The position numbers were made by a program, and so were the translations under genes. Shown here one piece after another: positions 22,873-34,266 of a stretch of DNA of 64,000 nucleotides (the first letter of the stretch is position 1; every line of letters starts with the position of its first letter). Source of the DNA: a virus (lineage: Duplodnaviria; Heunggongvirae; Uroviricota; Caudoviricetes). The notes under the pieces were generated by a model. The model was not told where the DNA came from. It made no database searches and saw nothing but the letters and a program-made list of their open reading frames with translations. The stretch covers positions 83,494-147,493 of IMG/VR virus record IMGVR_UViG_3300028048_000050. One strand, 5' to 3'.

Positions 22873-24300
22873 ATGAAAATAGCTAGTTTTGTTTCTAACA
22901 TCCCTACTATGGGAGATACTCGTACTTATGAAGATTTCTATAAGTACTTAGGTGTTAAACCACAACGTCTTGGTATCGTATCAAGAATGTACACTGATTT
23001 AACAGCTTCTTTCTTAACCGAATCTCTTAAAAATGTATTCTATACAGATGTTAAAGGTGGAGGTAATAAATACCAATCTTTAAATGCTTTCCAATACGAT
23101 TTCGATATCGAAACTAACTACATTAAGAGAATCGAATTCGCTGCTGTACCAGAAGGTGACGGTGCAGGTGGTACTGAAATCGTAATGGCTTTCAGAGAAA
23201 GATATTACGAAAAGTATGATATCTTCAAGATTGAAAATTCAGGTCAGCAATGTATGGTTGTAGCTCGTCCTGTTCGTAAAGGTGACAACTACTGGGAGTG
23301 TGTAGTAAGATTAGTTGATAACAACTATGATACTATTCTTGATGTAACAGCTTGTCAACCTGGTGATAAGACAAGATGGATTACAGCTAACATGCCTGAA
23401 ATGCATGAAGAAGGTTATACTAAGTGGCAATCTAATGTTGAAAAACACAGAGGTTACATCCAAACTCACCGTTTCGATGCTGACTATTCTGAAAGATATG
23501 CTGCATTAGAAAATGTATTTATTAAAGTTGCTGAAGGTAAGGATCAAGGTTCTATGACAGAAACTATCTATAAGATGGATACTGTTCAAAAGACTCTTCT
23601 TAACACCTTCCTAGAAGGACGTAACAACGCTCTCTTATTCTCTAAGGGTAACGTTGATGAAAACGGTAAAGCAACTATCGTTGATCCACAAACTAACAGA
23701 CCTATTTATATTTCTGATGGTCTTATTCCACAGGTAGAAGCTTTTGCTAGTAAATATGCTTACAATAAGCTTACTATCAATGTATTAAGAACAGCTATCC
23801 AATGCTTAAATGAAAAAGCTAGAAATGCTACTGGTAACAAGTATATGTTTATTTGTAACGAAGCTTTCTACTATCAATTAGGTGACTTACTTGATACATA
23901 CTTAGCACAATATCATACTGATGGTACATATCTATGGTCTATGAAGGCTAATGGTTATGTTGAAGTTGGTGCTAAAGGATTTGACACTTACAGATGGATG
24001 GGTAATGAAATCACATTCAAAGTTGATAGAACATTCTCAAGAGAATTTGGTTATGATAAGGGTTATGCAATTGCAATTGACTTAACCGGTGATAAGACAA
24101 GTTCACAACCACCTATCGGCTTGTTCACTCTTAAAGGTGGTGATATGATGCAATCATTCATCAAGGGTGTTGGTGGATTAACAGGTTTAGAGTCTGGTGA
24201 AGTTTCTACTCCTGTTGCAGGTGCAAAACGTATTATGTGGGGTTATAGCTCATTAGCTTTATTCAATCCTTACAAGTCTTACGTTTTAAAGGAAGTGTAA
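22873..24300 (+). CDS. major capsid protein (crAss-like), 475 aa
   Basis: ORF track. 'RTYEDFYKYLGVKP', 'MPEMHEEGYTKWQSNVEKHRGYI', 'ISDGLIPQVE' and 'STPVAG' resemble crAss-type MCPs. Strong codon bias, no TAG. Confidence 0.9.
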   Translation: MKIASFVSNIPTMGDTRTYEDFYKYLGVKPQRLGIVSRMYTDLTASFLTESLKNVFYTDVKGGGNKYQSLNAFQYDFDIETNYIKRIEFAAVPEGDGAGGTEIVMAFRERYYEKYDIFKIENSGQQCMVVARPVRKGDNYWECVVRLVDNNYDTILDVTACQPGDKTRWITANMPEMHEEGYTKWQSNVEKHRGYIQTHRFDADYSERYAALENVFIKVAEGKDQGSMTETIYKMDTVQKTLLNTFLEGRNNALLFSKGNVDENGKATIVDPQTNRPIYISDGLIPQVEAFASKYAYNKLTINVLRTAIQCLNEKARNATGNKYMFICNEAFYYQLGDLLDTYLAQYHTDGTYLWSMKANGYVEVGAKGFDTYRWMGNEITFKVDRTFSREFGYDKGYAIAIDLTGDKTSSQPPIGLFTLKGGDMMQSFIKGVGGLTGLESGEVSTPVAGAKRIMWGYSSLALFNPYKSYVLKEV

Positions 24301-24334
24301 TTTAATTAATTTATACTTTTGATTATAGATAATG

Positions 24335-24371
24335 TTGATAGGGTTTCTAGATTATTCTAGACCCCTATCAA
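24335..24371 (+). terminator. hairpin/terminator after the MCP gene
   Basis: ttgatagggtttctaga-ttat-tctagacccctatcaa inverted repeat. Confidence 0.7.
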
Positions 24372-24405
24372 TATATTTTAATATTTTTATATGTTAATGA
24401 ATAAT

Positions 24406-25338
24406 ATGGCTAATAAATAGGAAATTGATTTATCAAATAAGATAGTACTTAAAAGTGTAAGAGGAAAGGTTGGTATTGTTATTAAGATGCAACCTTGTAG
24501 AGATCCTAAAACAGGTAACTGGCCTGAATGTGTAAAGAGGGTGGACTCTAACGGAAATATGGTTCTTTCAGAGAAGGAACTTAACGATCCTAACAGAGAT
24601 TACTTTATTAGAGAAGATGCAGTAATTAATGTCGTAGATGGTATGACTTTTGATTTAGATAATGTTGGTGATCGTTTCAAGTGGGAAGCAATTAAGAATA
24701 ATCCTTTTATTGCACCAGATTACTATTCTAAAGATAGTAAAGGTAATTCTCTAATTAATGGAGATATGAGACCTTATGGTGTAAAGGAACTTTATAATAA
24801 AGAAACTAGACGATATGGTACAGCAGAAATGTATGTTGTTAGACCTGGTGTTGAAGCATCTAGAAGAGTTTCTCGTAAGAAGCTAAAGCATGACGCTGAA
24901 TCATATATTTATAATGATGAAAGAGGTCCAGAAGGAAGAGTTCTTAAAGCTAGATTACTTGGTCACAGAATGGATAATATGCCTGATGCTGACGTAACAG
25001 ATTACCTATTACAAGTAGCAGACCAAGATCCAGAAAAAATTATTGGTCTTTATACTGGAGGAGATACCTCTATTAGATTACTGTTTGTAGAGGCTAGAGA
25101 TAAGCATGTTATTATGTATAAGAATAAAGTTTATACATATGCTGATAATGTGGTTTTAGGAGCTACCGATGAAGCTGCCATATTATATTTAAAAGACCCT
25201 AAACATGCGGGAATTTATAAGTTAATTAAACAAGATACATTTCCAGGTTTAATAGATAAAGATTCTGATTCTTAGGTCGATAATGATAAAGATGATGAAG
25301 AAAAATCTAACAAGGGTAAAAAAGATAATAACAAATAA
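24406..25338 (+). CDS. conserved crAss-like protein downstream of MCP, 310 aa
   Basis: ATG GCT AAT AAA TAG..., in frame with ORF 24487..25275. A second TAG near the C-terminus. TAA 25336-25338. An in-frame ATG at 24391 is an alternative start. Confidence 0.8.
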
Positions 25339-25365
25339 TTTCACAACTTATAATATATTAAATAA

Positions 25366-26415
25366 GTGAGTGCAAAAGAACTTTATGAAGGCGTATTAAT
25401 TGAAATAAACAAAGATAGCGCTTCTAATATTCTTTTAGAAGATTTTAATTTTTGGGCTAATAAAGCTATGTTGATGTATGCTAATAAGAGATATAATACT
25501 TATGACATAAATCAGCAAACAACAGACGATTTAAGAGTATTAAAAGCTACAGCTAAATTAAAACCTGTAAAGATTAACGATTACGAAGGTCTTTCTTTAG
25601 CTAATGGAGCTAATTATGAAGTTGTGATGCCTTCTGATTATTTGCATCTTCTTAATTGTATTTGTATATATAAGGTAAAGAAAACGTATAAATGCTATAA
25701 CGCTGGAGATACTTGGAGAGCTCCCGCAAGACGTTTAACTGCTGATATGTATTCTTAGGTTTTAGATAATTTTTGGAATCAACCAACTTATAAGAAACCT
25801 TATTACTATATACATAATATAAATAGTGTAAATGATTCTAGTGTTACAGATTCTTTAGGAAATACTACTGTTACTAGAGCTACTACTCCTACAAATCCTT
25901 ACAATAATGTAACAGGAAAAGGAACTGATATTAGTAGCATATTATCATCACATACTATTGCTGCTATATAGCAAGCTTTTGGTAATGATGGTAAAGGTAA
26001 ACCAATAGTTGAAGGAACTGGTGGACCAGAATCTATGAAAATACGGGATAACGTAGGTGCAATTCAAGAAGCGTCTTTAAGAGAAAAGGGTGCAGAAATA
26101 CGTTATGGAAATCGTTCTGAAGTAAGAATTGAAATACGATATGGAACTGATGATAGTATATTTGAATTATCCGATGTTTATATCGATTATTTAAAAACAC
26201 CATAGCATATACGTCTTACACAACAATAGCTAGATGAAACTGAGGATACTTCTCAATTATTAGAATTTCCTGATTATGTTTGTCTAGAGATACTAAATGA
26301 GTTGGTACATATTATTATGGAGAATCAAGAAAATCAAAGACTCCAAACTCACCCAGTAGTTAGTTAGTCTATTGCAAATCCAGCTCAACAATAGACCCCG
26401 GATGCAGCGGGTTAA
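25366..26415 (+). CDS. putative head-tail ring/connector protein, 349 aa
   Basis: GTG start 'MSAKELYEGVLIEINK'. Read-through to TAA 26413-26415. C-terminal 'YLKTPQHIRLT...EFPDYVCLEILNELV'. Confidence 0.8.
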
Positions 26416-26442
26416 ACTGCTTAATTAAATTCTTAATAAATT

Positions 26443-27669
26443 ATGTTTAGTTTTACAACACAAACTGTTTACAATCAAATTAGCACTACAGGTGCTAACA
26501 AAAATTTAATAGATAATAGTGGTGCTAGCAAAGTTCCTTCTTTAAGAATTGGTAACACAAGATTTGATGCTGCTACTATTACTTCTATTCAGATTAAAGC
26601 ACCTTCTGCTGAACAATTAGGTTCAGTTGCTTTCGATATGAATGATGTTATTCCTTCTACAGGAGAAACTACAGGACGTATCGCTATTTACTTAGGTCTT
26701 TCAATGGGAAGTCAAGATTCTTTCTATTCTAATGCTTTAGTATACAAAGGAAAACCATTCTTTGTAGAATTCCCTGTAAAGGCTTCAGATACCGCTGATG
26801 TAGTAGCAAAGAGAGTAAAAGCTATTGCTGACAAATTTATTCTTTTTCAAACTGGTGAAAAAGAAAAGATTCTTGATGTAACATTTGACGCTGCTGCTGG
26901 TACTCCAGCTGTTCCTGCAGTTCTTTATGAAGATGAGACTGAATACAATACAGCTAAAGGAACTTCATTAACTGCTGAGCAATTTGCAGCATTAAATGAT
27001 GATGAAAAAATCAAGACTCCTGCTGTTCCTGCTGAAGGAGCTGAAGGTATTGTAACATTTGCTTGCGTTAATGGTTATCAAATCATTAAGAAAGCTGAAC
27101 TTCAAACTTATGATCCTAAGGCTCATACTATTGACTGCTGCGCAGATCAAGGTGACTTTATTACAATCAAGACAGGTGTGCCTGTGATTTACAAAGTTAC
27201 TGGTGGTGCTATTAAGACTAAGGATAGTGAAGGTAAACAGTACTTCTTAGATGAAGCAGGTGTTGAAACAGAACTTGGTGCAGATCAAATAGCTATTCTC
27301 CCAGGTCTTGAAGCATTTGGTGATTATAATTGGATTATCCACAACTTAAGACTCCCAACTGCTGCTAATACTGGATTCTGGGCTCCTGCTAAACAAGCTG
27401 GAGAACTTCCAATTGTTGGACAAGTTTATACTCAATTCATCATCACTATGTGTGTTGATAGAGATGGTATAGCTGGAACAGTTGTTGGTGACAGAGCTAC
27501 TTCTGTAACTACTCACGTTCTTTATGTAGCTGGTGATTATAACACAGCTTCTACTCCTGCTAACACAGTTTATACAAAACTTAATGCTCTAAAGGGTTCT
27601 GCTATTGCTACTACAGCTGATACTAAATTAGCTAATCCTTATGGAACAAGTTTAAACTTAGTTGATTAA
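26443..27669 (+). CDS. abundant virion structural protein, 408 aa
   Basis: ORF track. High-expression codon bias, no TAG, followed by a terminator. Confidence 0.8.
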   Translation: MFSFTTQTVYNQISTTGANKNLIDNSGASKVPSLRIGNTRFDAATITSIQIKAPSAEQLGSVAFDMNDVIPSTGETTGRIAIYLGLSMGSQDSFYSNALVYKGKPFFVEFPVKASDTADVVAKRVKAIADKFILFQTGEKEKILDVTFDAAAGTPAVPAVLYEDETEYNTAKGTSLTAEQFAALNDDEKIKTPAVPAEGAEGIVTFACVNGYQIIKKAELQTYDPKAHTIDCCADQGDFITIKTGVPVIYKVTGGAIKTKDSEGKQYFLDEAGVETELGADQIAILPGLEAFGDYNWIIHNLRLPTAANTGFWAPAKQAGELPIVGQVYTQFIITMCVDRDGIAGTVVGDRATSVTTHVLYVAGDYNTASTPANTVYTKLNALKGSAIATTADTKLANPYGTSLNLVD

Positions 27670-27687
27670 TTTTAATTTATAATCTTT

Positions 27688-27735
27688 AAAGCTAGACCGG
27701 ACCTTACAATGGTCTAGTCTAGCTTATTTTTTTAT
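27688..27735 (+). terminator. rho-independent terminator
   Basis: aagctagac...gtctagctt stem followed by a T-run. Confidence 0.75.
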
Positions 27736-27736
27736 T

Positions 27737-28462
27737 ATGGCTTGGACATCAATAGAAAGACTTGCTGATGCCGTATTTAATGATGTAGTATCTGGTTTAA
27801 GAGGTTATCACCAGAATATGTCTATGTCTAAAGAACAATTACAAGAAGAAATTGTTCAAATGAGATTAGCAGTCATAAAAGAATATATGTTAAAAGGAAT
27901 ACTACCTATAGACGATTTAGTAATGGCTATAAATTGTATTCCAGTAGATTGTGATACTTTAGATAAGTGTAAATGTAGAGGAAATGTTTGTGGTTCTCCT
28001 ACAGCTCATTTTTAGATACCTTAGGTATTATTAGACTTTGGATTAGGAAATTCTATAAAATATCTTGGAACATCTGATAAATAGCACCCATTCTTAGTAT
28101 ATACACACAATATAGATAAAATTAAAACTCTTTAGAAATATCGTAAAAGAGGAAAAAATAGACCTTGGGTTTTTATTGATGTGACACCTAATGATGAAGG
28201 ATTATTAGATTGTTATATATTTGAAGCACCTTTAATTAAACAGGTATCACTTGTTGCTATATTTAAAGATCCAAGATAGTTAGAGGAATTTCAATGTAAA
28301 TGTGACGATTCCAATGTTTAGGATAGAGTTACATAGATGGATAATAATTTAAACTTTTTAGATATAGTTATTAAGGATAGACTTACTCAACAGAAGTTAA
28401 GATATTATAGACAATATGCAGCACCTATCCTACCTAATGATTAGAAATACGCAGCTGGATAA
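27737..28462 (+). CDS. putative ring/tail-tube protein, 241 aa
   Basis: Extends ORF 27737..28015 through TAGs to TAA 28460-28462 (...PNDQKYAAG). Confidence 0.75.
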
Positions 28463-29217
28463 TGAATAATGAAATGTATAAGGGAGTTGTTTATAAATAT
28501 ACTTGTCCAGAAAATAAAATATATATAGGAACAACTATTAATGAAATACAAAGAAGAAAACTTTTTTTAAGTCCATCTAAAATATATGCTGGACCAAAGA
28601 TAAATAAGGCTCGTTTAAAGTTTGGACCAGAAAATTTTAAATATGAAATTATCTTTACTATATCTTCTTATAACCTAGAAGAAGTTTTATCTATTTTGGA
28701 TAAAAAAGAAATAGAATTTATAAATATATTTAATTCTATTATAAATGGGTATAATTTAAGTGAAGGAGGAAGAAAAAATCATAATTTAACATTAACTGAG
28801 GAATCTAAACAAAAATGGTTAAAAAAAGTATAGAAAAAAATACTTTAGTATGATTTAGAAGGAAAATTTATAAAGGAATGGAGTTCTATTAAAGAAGCTT
28901 CTGATACTTTGAATATTTCAAATGGAAATATTTGTTAGGTATTAAAACAACAAAGATATTAGTGTTCTAATTATATTTTTAGATATAAAGAATCAGAAAA
29001 TTATCCAAAATAGATAGAAATAACTCCTACTAAACAATAGAAAAAAGTTGTTCTTAAACTAGATGTTAATGGAAATATTATAAAGGAACTTCCTAGTATT
29101 AATGACGCAGCTAAAGAAGCTGGAGTAAATAGAATAACAATGATAAAGTATCTTAACGGAGAATCAAATGGATATTTAAAAACCCCTTATAGATGGAGGA
29201 AAAAATATGGCAAATAA
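28462..29217 (+). mobile_element. free-standing GIY-YIG homing endonuclease with NUMOD1-like DNA-binding repeats, 251 aa
   Basis: 'GVVYKYTCPENKIYIGTT...QRR' nuclease motif. After read-through, 'ILQYDLEGKFIKEWSSIKEAS..LNI..GNI' and 'VLKLDVNGNIIKELPSINDAAK'. It overlaps both neighbouring genes. Confidence 0.85.
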
Positions 29218-29914
29218 TTTTCATTATGTAGCCGTACTATTAGATTAGTTTTACGGAATAAATTTAGATGATGCAGACTTGGAAGAAATAGGATTAATGG
29301 CTTGGGAATATATAGGAAATAGAGTTAGAAAACTTTATAAATATACAACTTTTATTGATCCTTTCGATAATTCTATTACACTTCCTTGTAATGCATTAGA
29401 TATAAATGGGGATAGTTGTGTTGAATTAGTAACTACACCTTATGAGGAATGGAATACGGTTACTAATAAAACTGATTTAGGAGATTTATCTACAGCAGAA
29501 GCCGAATAGTATATAGAAGCTTCTAAAATATATCAAGGACCTTATTATTTACCTGGAAAAGTACTAAAATATGAACAAGTTAAAGAAAAATTATATTTTA
29601 CTCATAATTATGGAAAAGTAAATGTTCTTTATAAAGGTATTTTAGTAGATGAAGACGGTCTTCCTGAAATAACAGACAAAGAAGCTATGGCTATAGCTAC
29701 ATATATTGCTTTCATGCAAGCCTTTAAAGAGGGATTAAAAACAAATAATGGAGATAAAGTTAAAGCGTCTCAATTATTAGAAGCAAGATGGAATAAGCAA
29801 TGTGACTAGGCTAGAGTTAAACAATTATCCCAAAATGACTTTAATTAGATTTTAGAAGTAAGTACTTCATGGGATCGTAAGAGATATAATTTTGGATATA
29901 AACCATTAAGGTAA
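29207..29914 (+). CDS. putative ring/tail-tube protein, 235 aa
   Basis: ATG 29207, in frame with ORF 29279. 'YKGILVDEDGLPEITDKEAMAIATYIA'. TAA 29912-29914. Confidence 0.8.
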
Positions 29915-29915
29915 T

Positions 29916-30365
29916 ATGAAACACATGGCTTTAGGTTGGGCCTGTAATTTAAATGATATATTTGTAAGGTTTCCATATGAAAAATGCAAATCACTAATAA
30001 AAGAATATAGAACAAAAATGAAGTAGCGTTAGATGGTTAAAAAAGTATTTAGAGAAGGTGTTCAGTAGATACTTGATGATATTATTGAAAATAATGTTAC
30101 TTTTAAAATTCAAGGAGTAGGTTATTAGGGAGGAGAAATTCATATGGAAGCCATTACTGGTTCAGAATTTGAAAAAGTAAGAGAACACGGAAAATTTAAA
30201 AAAGTAGATTTTCTAGAATCATTGTTTACTGGATATTAGATGTATTTATATATACATGGAAAATCTGATAATTTTTTACATAGAAAAAAATATCCTATTT
30301 ATGTAAATAAACATCTAAGAGATAAACTTACTAAATATACTAACGAAGGAAAGGTTTATTGTTAA
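29916..30365 (+). CDS. IHF/HU-like protein 1 of the crAss tail module, 149 aa
   Basis: 'VKKVFREGVQQILDDIIENNVTFKI...GEIHME...DFLESLFTGYQMY'. Absent from the ORF track because of TAGs. Confidence 0.6.
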
Positions 30366-30932
30366 ATGAAAATAACGAAGGTTAATGATTATGTTGATTC
30401 AGTACATGAAAAATTTCCAGAATTAACTAGAGAAGAAGTAAAAAGAATTTTAGTTTACGGCTGGAAAATGATACTTTAGTATGTAAGAGCAGGAAATGAT
30501 GTCTCAATGATTACTAACAAAGAATTTATGTTTATAGGAGTAATTCCGTCTAGTGGATTATCAGTGTTTAAAACATATTGTTATAAGTTATCTAAGAGAA
30601 TTGCTTATATGTTTTAGAGAACGAAATCTAAGTGGGACGGATATTATTATTTTACTAGATCAGAATCCTAGTATTTAGACTATTTATCATAGAATAAAAA
30701 GAAGTATAAAGTATTCAAAGACGTATTTCTTTTTAAATTGTTAGAAGAACTTAAAATAAAAGAATCCTATGCTCCGTATATTTTTAGATTAAAAGAAGAA
30801 CGGACTAATTGGATGACTAAATATTATAAAGAAATAAAAACACAAAACGCCGAACTCATAATTGTTCGAGATCCTTTATAGATGAAAGATATCCTTACAT
30901 CTGAAAATAAATTTAAATATATACAATAGTAA
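30366..30932 (+). CDS. IHF/HU-like protein 2 of the crAss tail module, 188 aa
   Basis: 'VHEKFPELTREEVKRILVYGWKMILQY..AGNDV'. Ends CAA TAG TAA. Confidence 0.6.
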
Positions 30933-30933
30933 T

Positions 30934-33900
30934 ATGGAACAAGCTACTAATTAGTTTACCAAAGGTTTATAGCTCGATACTCATCCTATGGTATAGAGTA
31001 ATGATACTCTAACAGACTGTTTGAATGGTACATTAATTACTATGAATGGAAATGAGGTTATACTACAGAACGATATGGGAAATAGGAGAGTAGATAAAGC
31101 TTTTCTTCCACCTGGATATGAACCTGTAGGTATGAAAGAATATGGTGGGATTATTTATGTGGCTTCATATAATCCTATTACTAATAAATCATAGATAGGA
31201 AGTTTTCCATCACCTCAGAAGAAATTAAGTAGTAATACTAATGGAGAAGCATAGAATTTTAACTTTGAGAGTTTTACTAGTGGATCTAATATTGAAACAG
31301 ATGATAACTTAGAATTAACTGTTCTAAAATCAGATTCTTTTATGCTTCCTCTTACTAGAGATTTAACTCTTAGAGCTGGAGATAAATTTGCAGTGTACTC
31401 GGAAGGATTATCAGGAATGTATGAGTATATAACAAACTATAATAATGTTGATAATAGATTTCCAAATAAAGCATACACTCCTAAAAATAGAAAATATACT
31501 TTACAATTAGGAGTATTAAATTCTCAAAATGAGTTTGTAGATATTACAAAAACACTTTGTAGATGGAAAAATGATAATGGAACATGGAAACCTGTAAATT
31601 ATGATTCAGATATTTCTGAGGCTTATAAATTTAATGATGGATATTTTATATCTGATTCATTTACAAATACATTCAATGAAAATACTATTGCAGATTCTAG
31701 ACTTATAAAAGAACGTCAAAAGATTGCTGCAAATACATATTCCTATAAATTAGTTGGACCACTATATTTAAAAGTAACTATGAATCATATAGAAAACTTT
31801 AATTATAATATATATGGTCTTTATAATGGTAGTGCAGCTACTTTATGGATAGAAGGATATTTAACATATAATTGTCCTGATGGAATAGTTACAACTATAG
31901 GAAATTCAAATGAAAATTATGCTACCTTTGATGAAGGAACTCCAAGTACTGATTTTGGATTTGATTTAATAGGTAAAACATACGATAATATAGAAATAGG
32001 AGAAAGTGTTTATAATCCTAGTAATAATACATATACTGTTAAAATAGTTAAAAAGTATAATAATATAACATCTAATGACGATGATGGAGTTACTTTTAAT
32101 TATGTACTAGGAGTAAAAGCAAGTATAGATGATTCAAACATCTATCTTAGAGGATTATCTGTTAAAGGTTCTATTGACTTATCTTTATTAGGAAGTGGTA
32201 ATCTTAAATTTAATGGATGGAGATTCCATAACAATTTTGAAAAAGAAACAACTTTATTATCTTTTGCTTTTAATGCATATCCAGAATATGGTAAATCTTT
32301 TACTGATTTAAGATTTAAATTTAAGGAATTATATACCAAGAGTGAGTATTTTTATCCTGCTCAAAATTAGGAAGGATTACCTGTGTATAATGGAAAATAG
32401 ACAATAAGTTTTGGTTGGTCTGAAATAGGCTTACAACCTAGAAAAACTTATATGGTTTATGCTACCTATAGAATATAGGATGACAGGGCTGGAACTCAAG
32501 GAGCAGCTATTAATATTATAGAAGATTCTCATGTAATTAGATGGTTCTTAACAACAGAATTATTTAATAATTTTTATTTTGGTTCAGGAGGAGTACAAGA
32601 CTTCTGTAATGTATTATAGGATGAAGACGGATATCAAGACTTTATGAACACAATGGTAGTAGACTTTACTAATGTTTCTAATTTAAGAAATTAGAGTAGA
32701 GAAAAACAAGAAATGAATGGTTCTTTGATATCTGCTCGTAAGGCTGAAATAAGTTATCAATGTGATCATACATTAAGTGTAAATATATCTACTAATCCAA
32801 CATTAGAAATTATTGATGAAAATAAATATCCAGATTATGTTTTTATTGCTCCAGATAAAAAACATCGTGTTCAAATTAATAGTGTAACATTGGAATCTAT
32901 AGGAGATAAATAGGATAATCTTCAACCTGAAGGTCTGGTAGGATATTTATATAATTATAGCAGTTATTTAAGAGATTAGTTATTTACTGTTAGTGGAAAG
33001 AATTTATAGACAATTTAGGGTGTAAATCCGGCTCAAAATTTACAAACTGCTAAGTTGTTAGAATCTTCTGTAAGACCTACTTCTACAAACATAGTTGGAG
33101 GAGAAATAAGATACTATGATGTATTTAAAGCTAGGGGTGATACTATCGATCACATTCATAATGCTTTTTAGAAATTTTCTACAATATTAACTCAAGCGGA
33201 TGTTTTACCTTCTTCAGGTTATTATGGTGGAGTAATTGTTAACTTTGATGATATAACAGGAGGTCAAGACGGACACTTCTTAGATGTTGCAGTAAATTAG
33301 GGTAGTGATAAAGGAGATTTACCTGGTGATGACAGACTAAAAACTAATTGGTATAGAGTACATGAAGTCCATAGTGATATTACAGAAAGCGGTAAATATA
33401 ATGATGCTAATTGGTCTATAAGTGATTATTTAGGAAGTATATTTTAGATTTTTAATGATTCAGTAAAAGATTCTGATAAAACTTTCTTATATTATTTCTG
33501 TGAAGGTAATAAATATAATCCTTCAGCTAATTCTAGATATGGATACAGTGGAAAAAATGGAGCAGCTTTTACTAGAGCTTGGTGGAAAATGCCTAATGGA
33601 GAATGGGCATGTTTTAATAGCCTTTATAAACGTACTACTTCTTTTGCTGATTTCATTAAATCATAGCTAGGTAATAAAGACTTGATATATTGTATGTATG
33701 ATGACTATGAATAGAATAGTTTTATATATGCACCAAAAGAAAATTATATATACTATGATAGATATAATATTCCTATAGTATATAGTATAAGTTATTCTTT
33801 ACAATCTGGTTAGTCTCCACATAGTATAGTAACTACTGGAAGTTCTTGTGGTAATTTACAATTTAGTGTTAGAAATAACCCAGAATTTTCTGCGGATACA

Positions 33901-34266
33901 GTAGAATTTACTTTAGAATCTTCAGAAAAATTCTACGATAATATTAATTCAGTAGATTCTGAAAATATATCAAATGTATATATAGGAACAGATGGATATG
34001 GAGGATTGATGGAAGACTCTATGGGAAGACCCTTAAATCCTAGTTATGTTTATCATTTAGAAGATGGAAAATTACACAGAATAGATAGAACAGACTTTTA
34101 TGTAGATTCAGCTAATAAAACCAGAGTAGGAGGAGCTAATAGATTACTTTATAATATAAATAGAAGAACCTCCGTAGAAGATAAGTGTCAAGTAACTGAT
34201 GGTAACGACGAAGATTCATACACAAGACTTACATATAACCTATTAAACGTAGTAGTTCCTGTATGA
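30934..34266 (+). CDS. large tail (stabilisation-type) protein, 1110 aa
   Basis: N-terminus 'NQFTKGLQLD...LTDCLNGTLITMNGNE..LQNDMGN...GMKEYGGIIYVASYNP..NKSQIGSFPSP', typical of crAss-like tail proteins. ORFs 31342, 32713 and 34006 are in frame. Confidence 0.85.
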
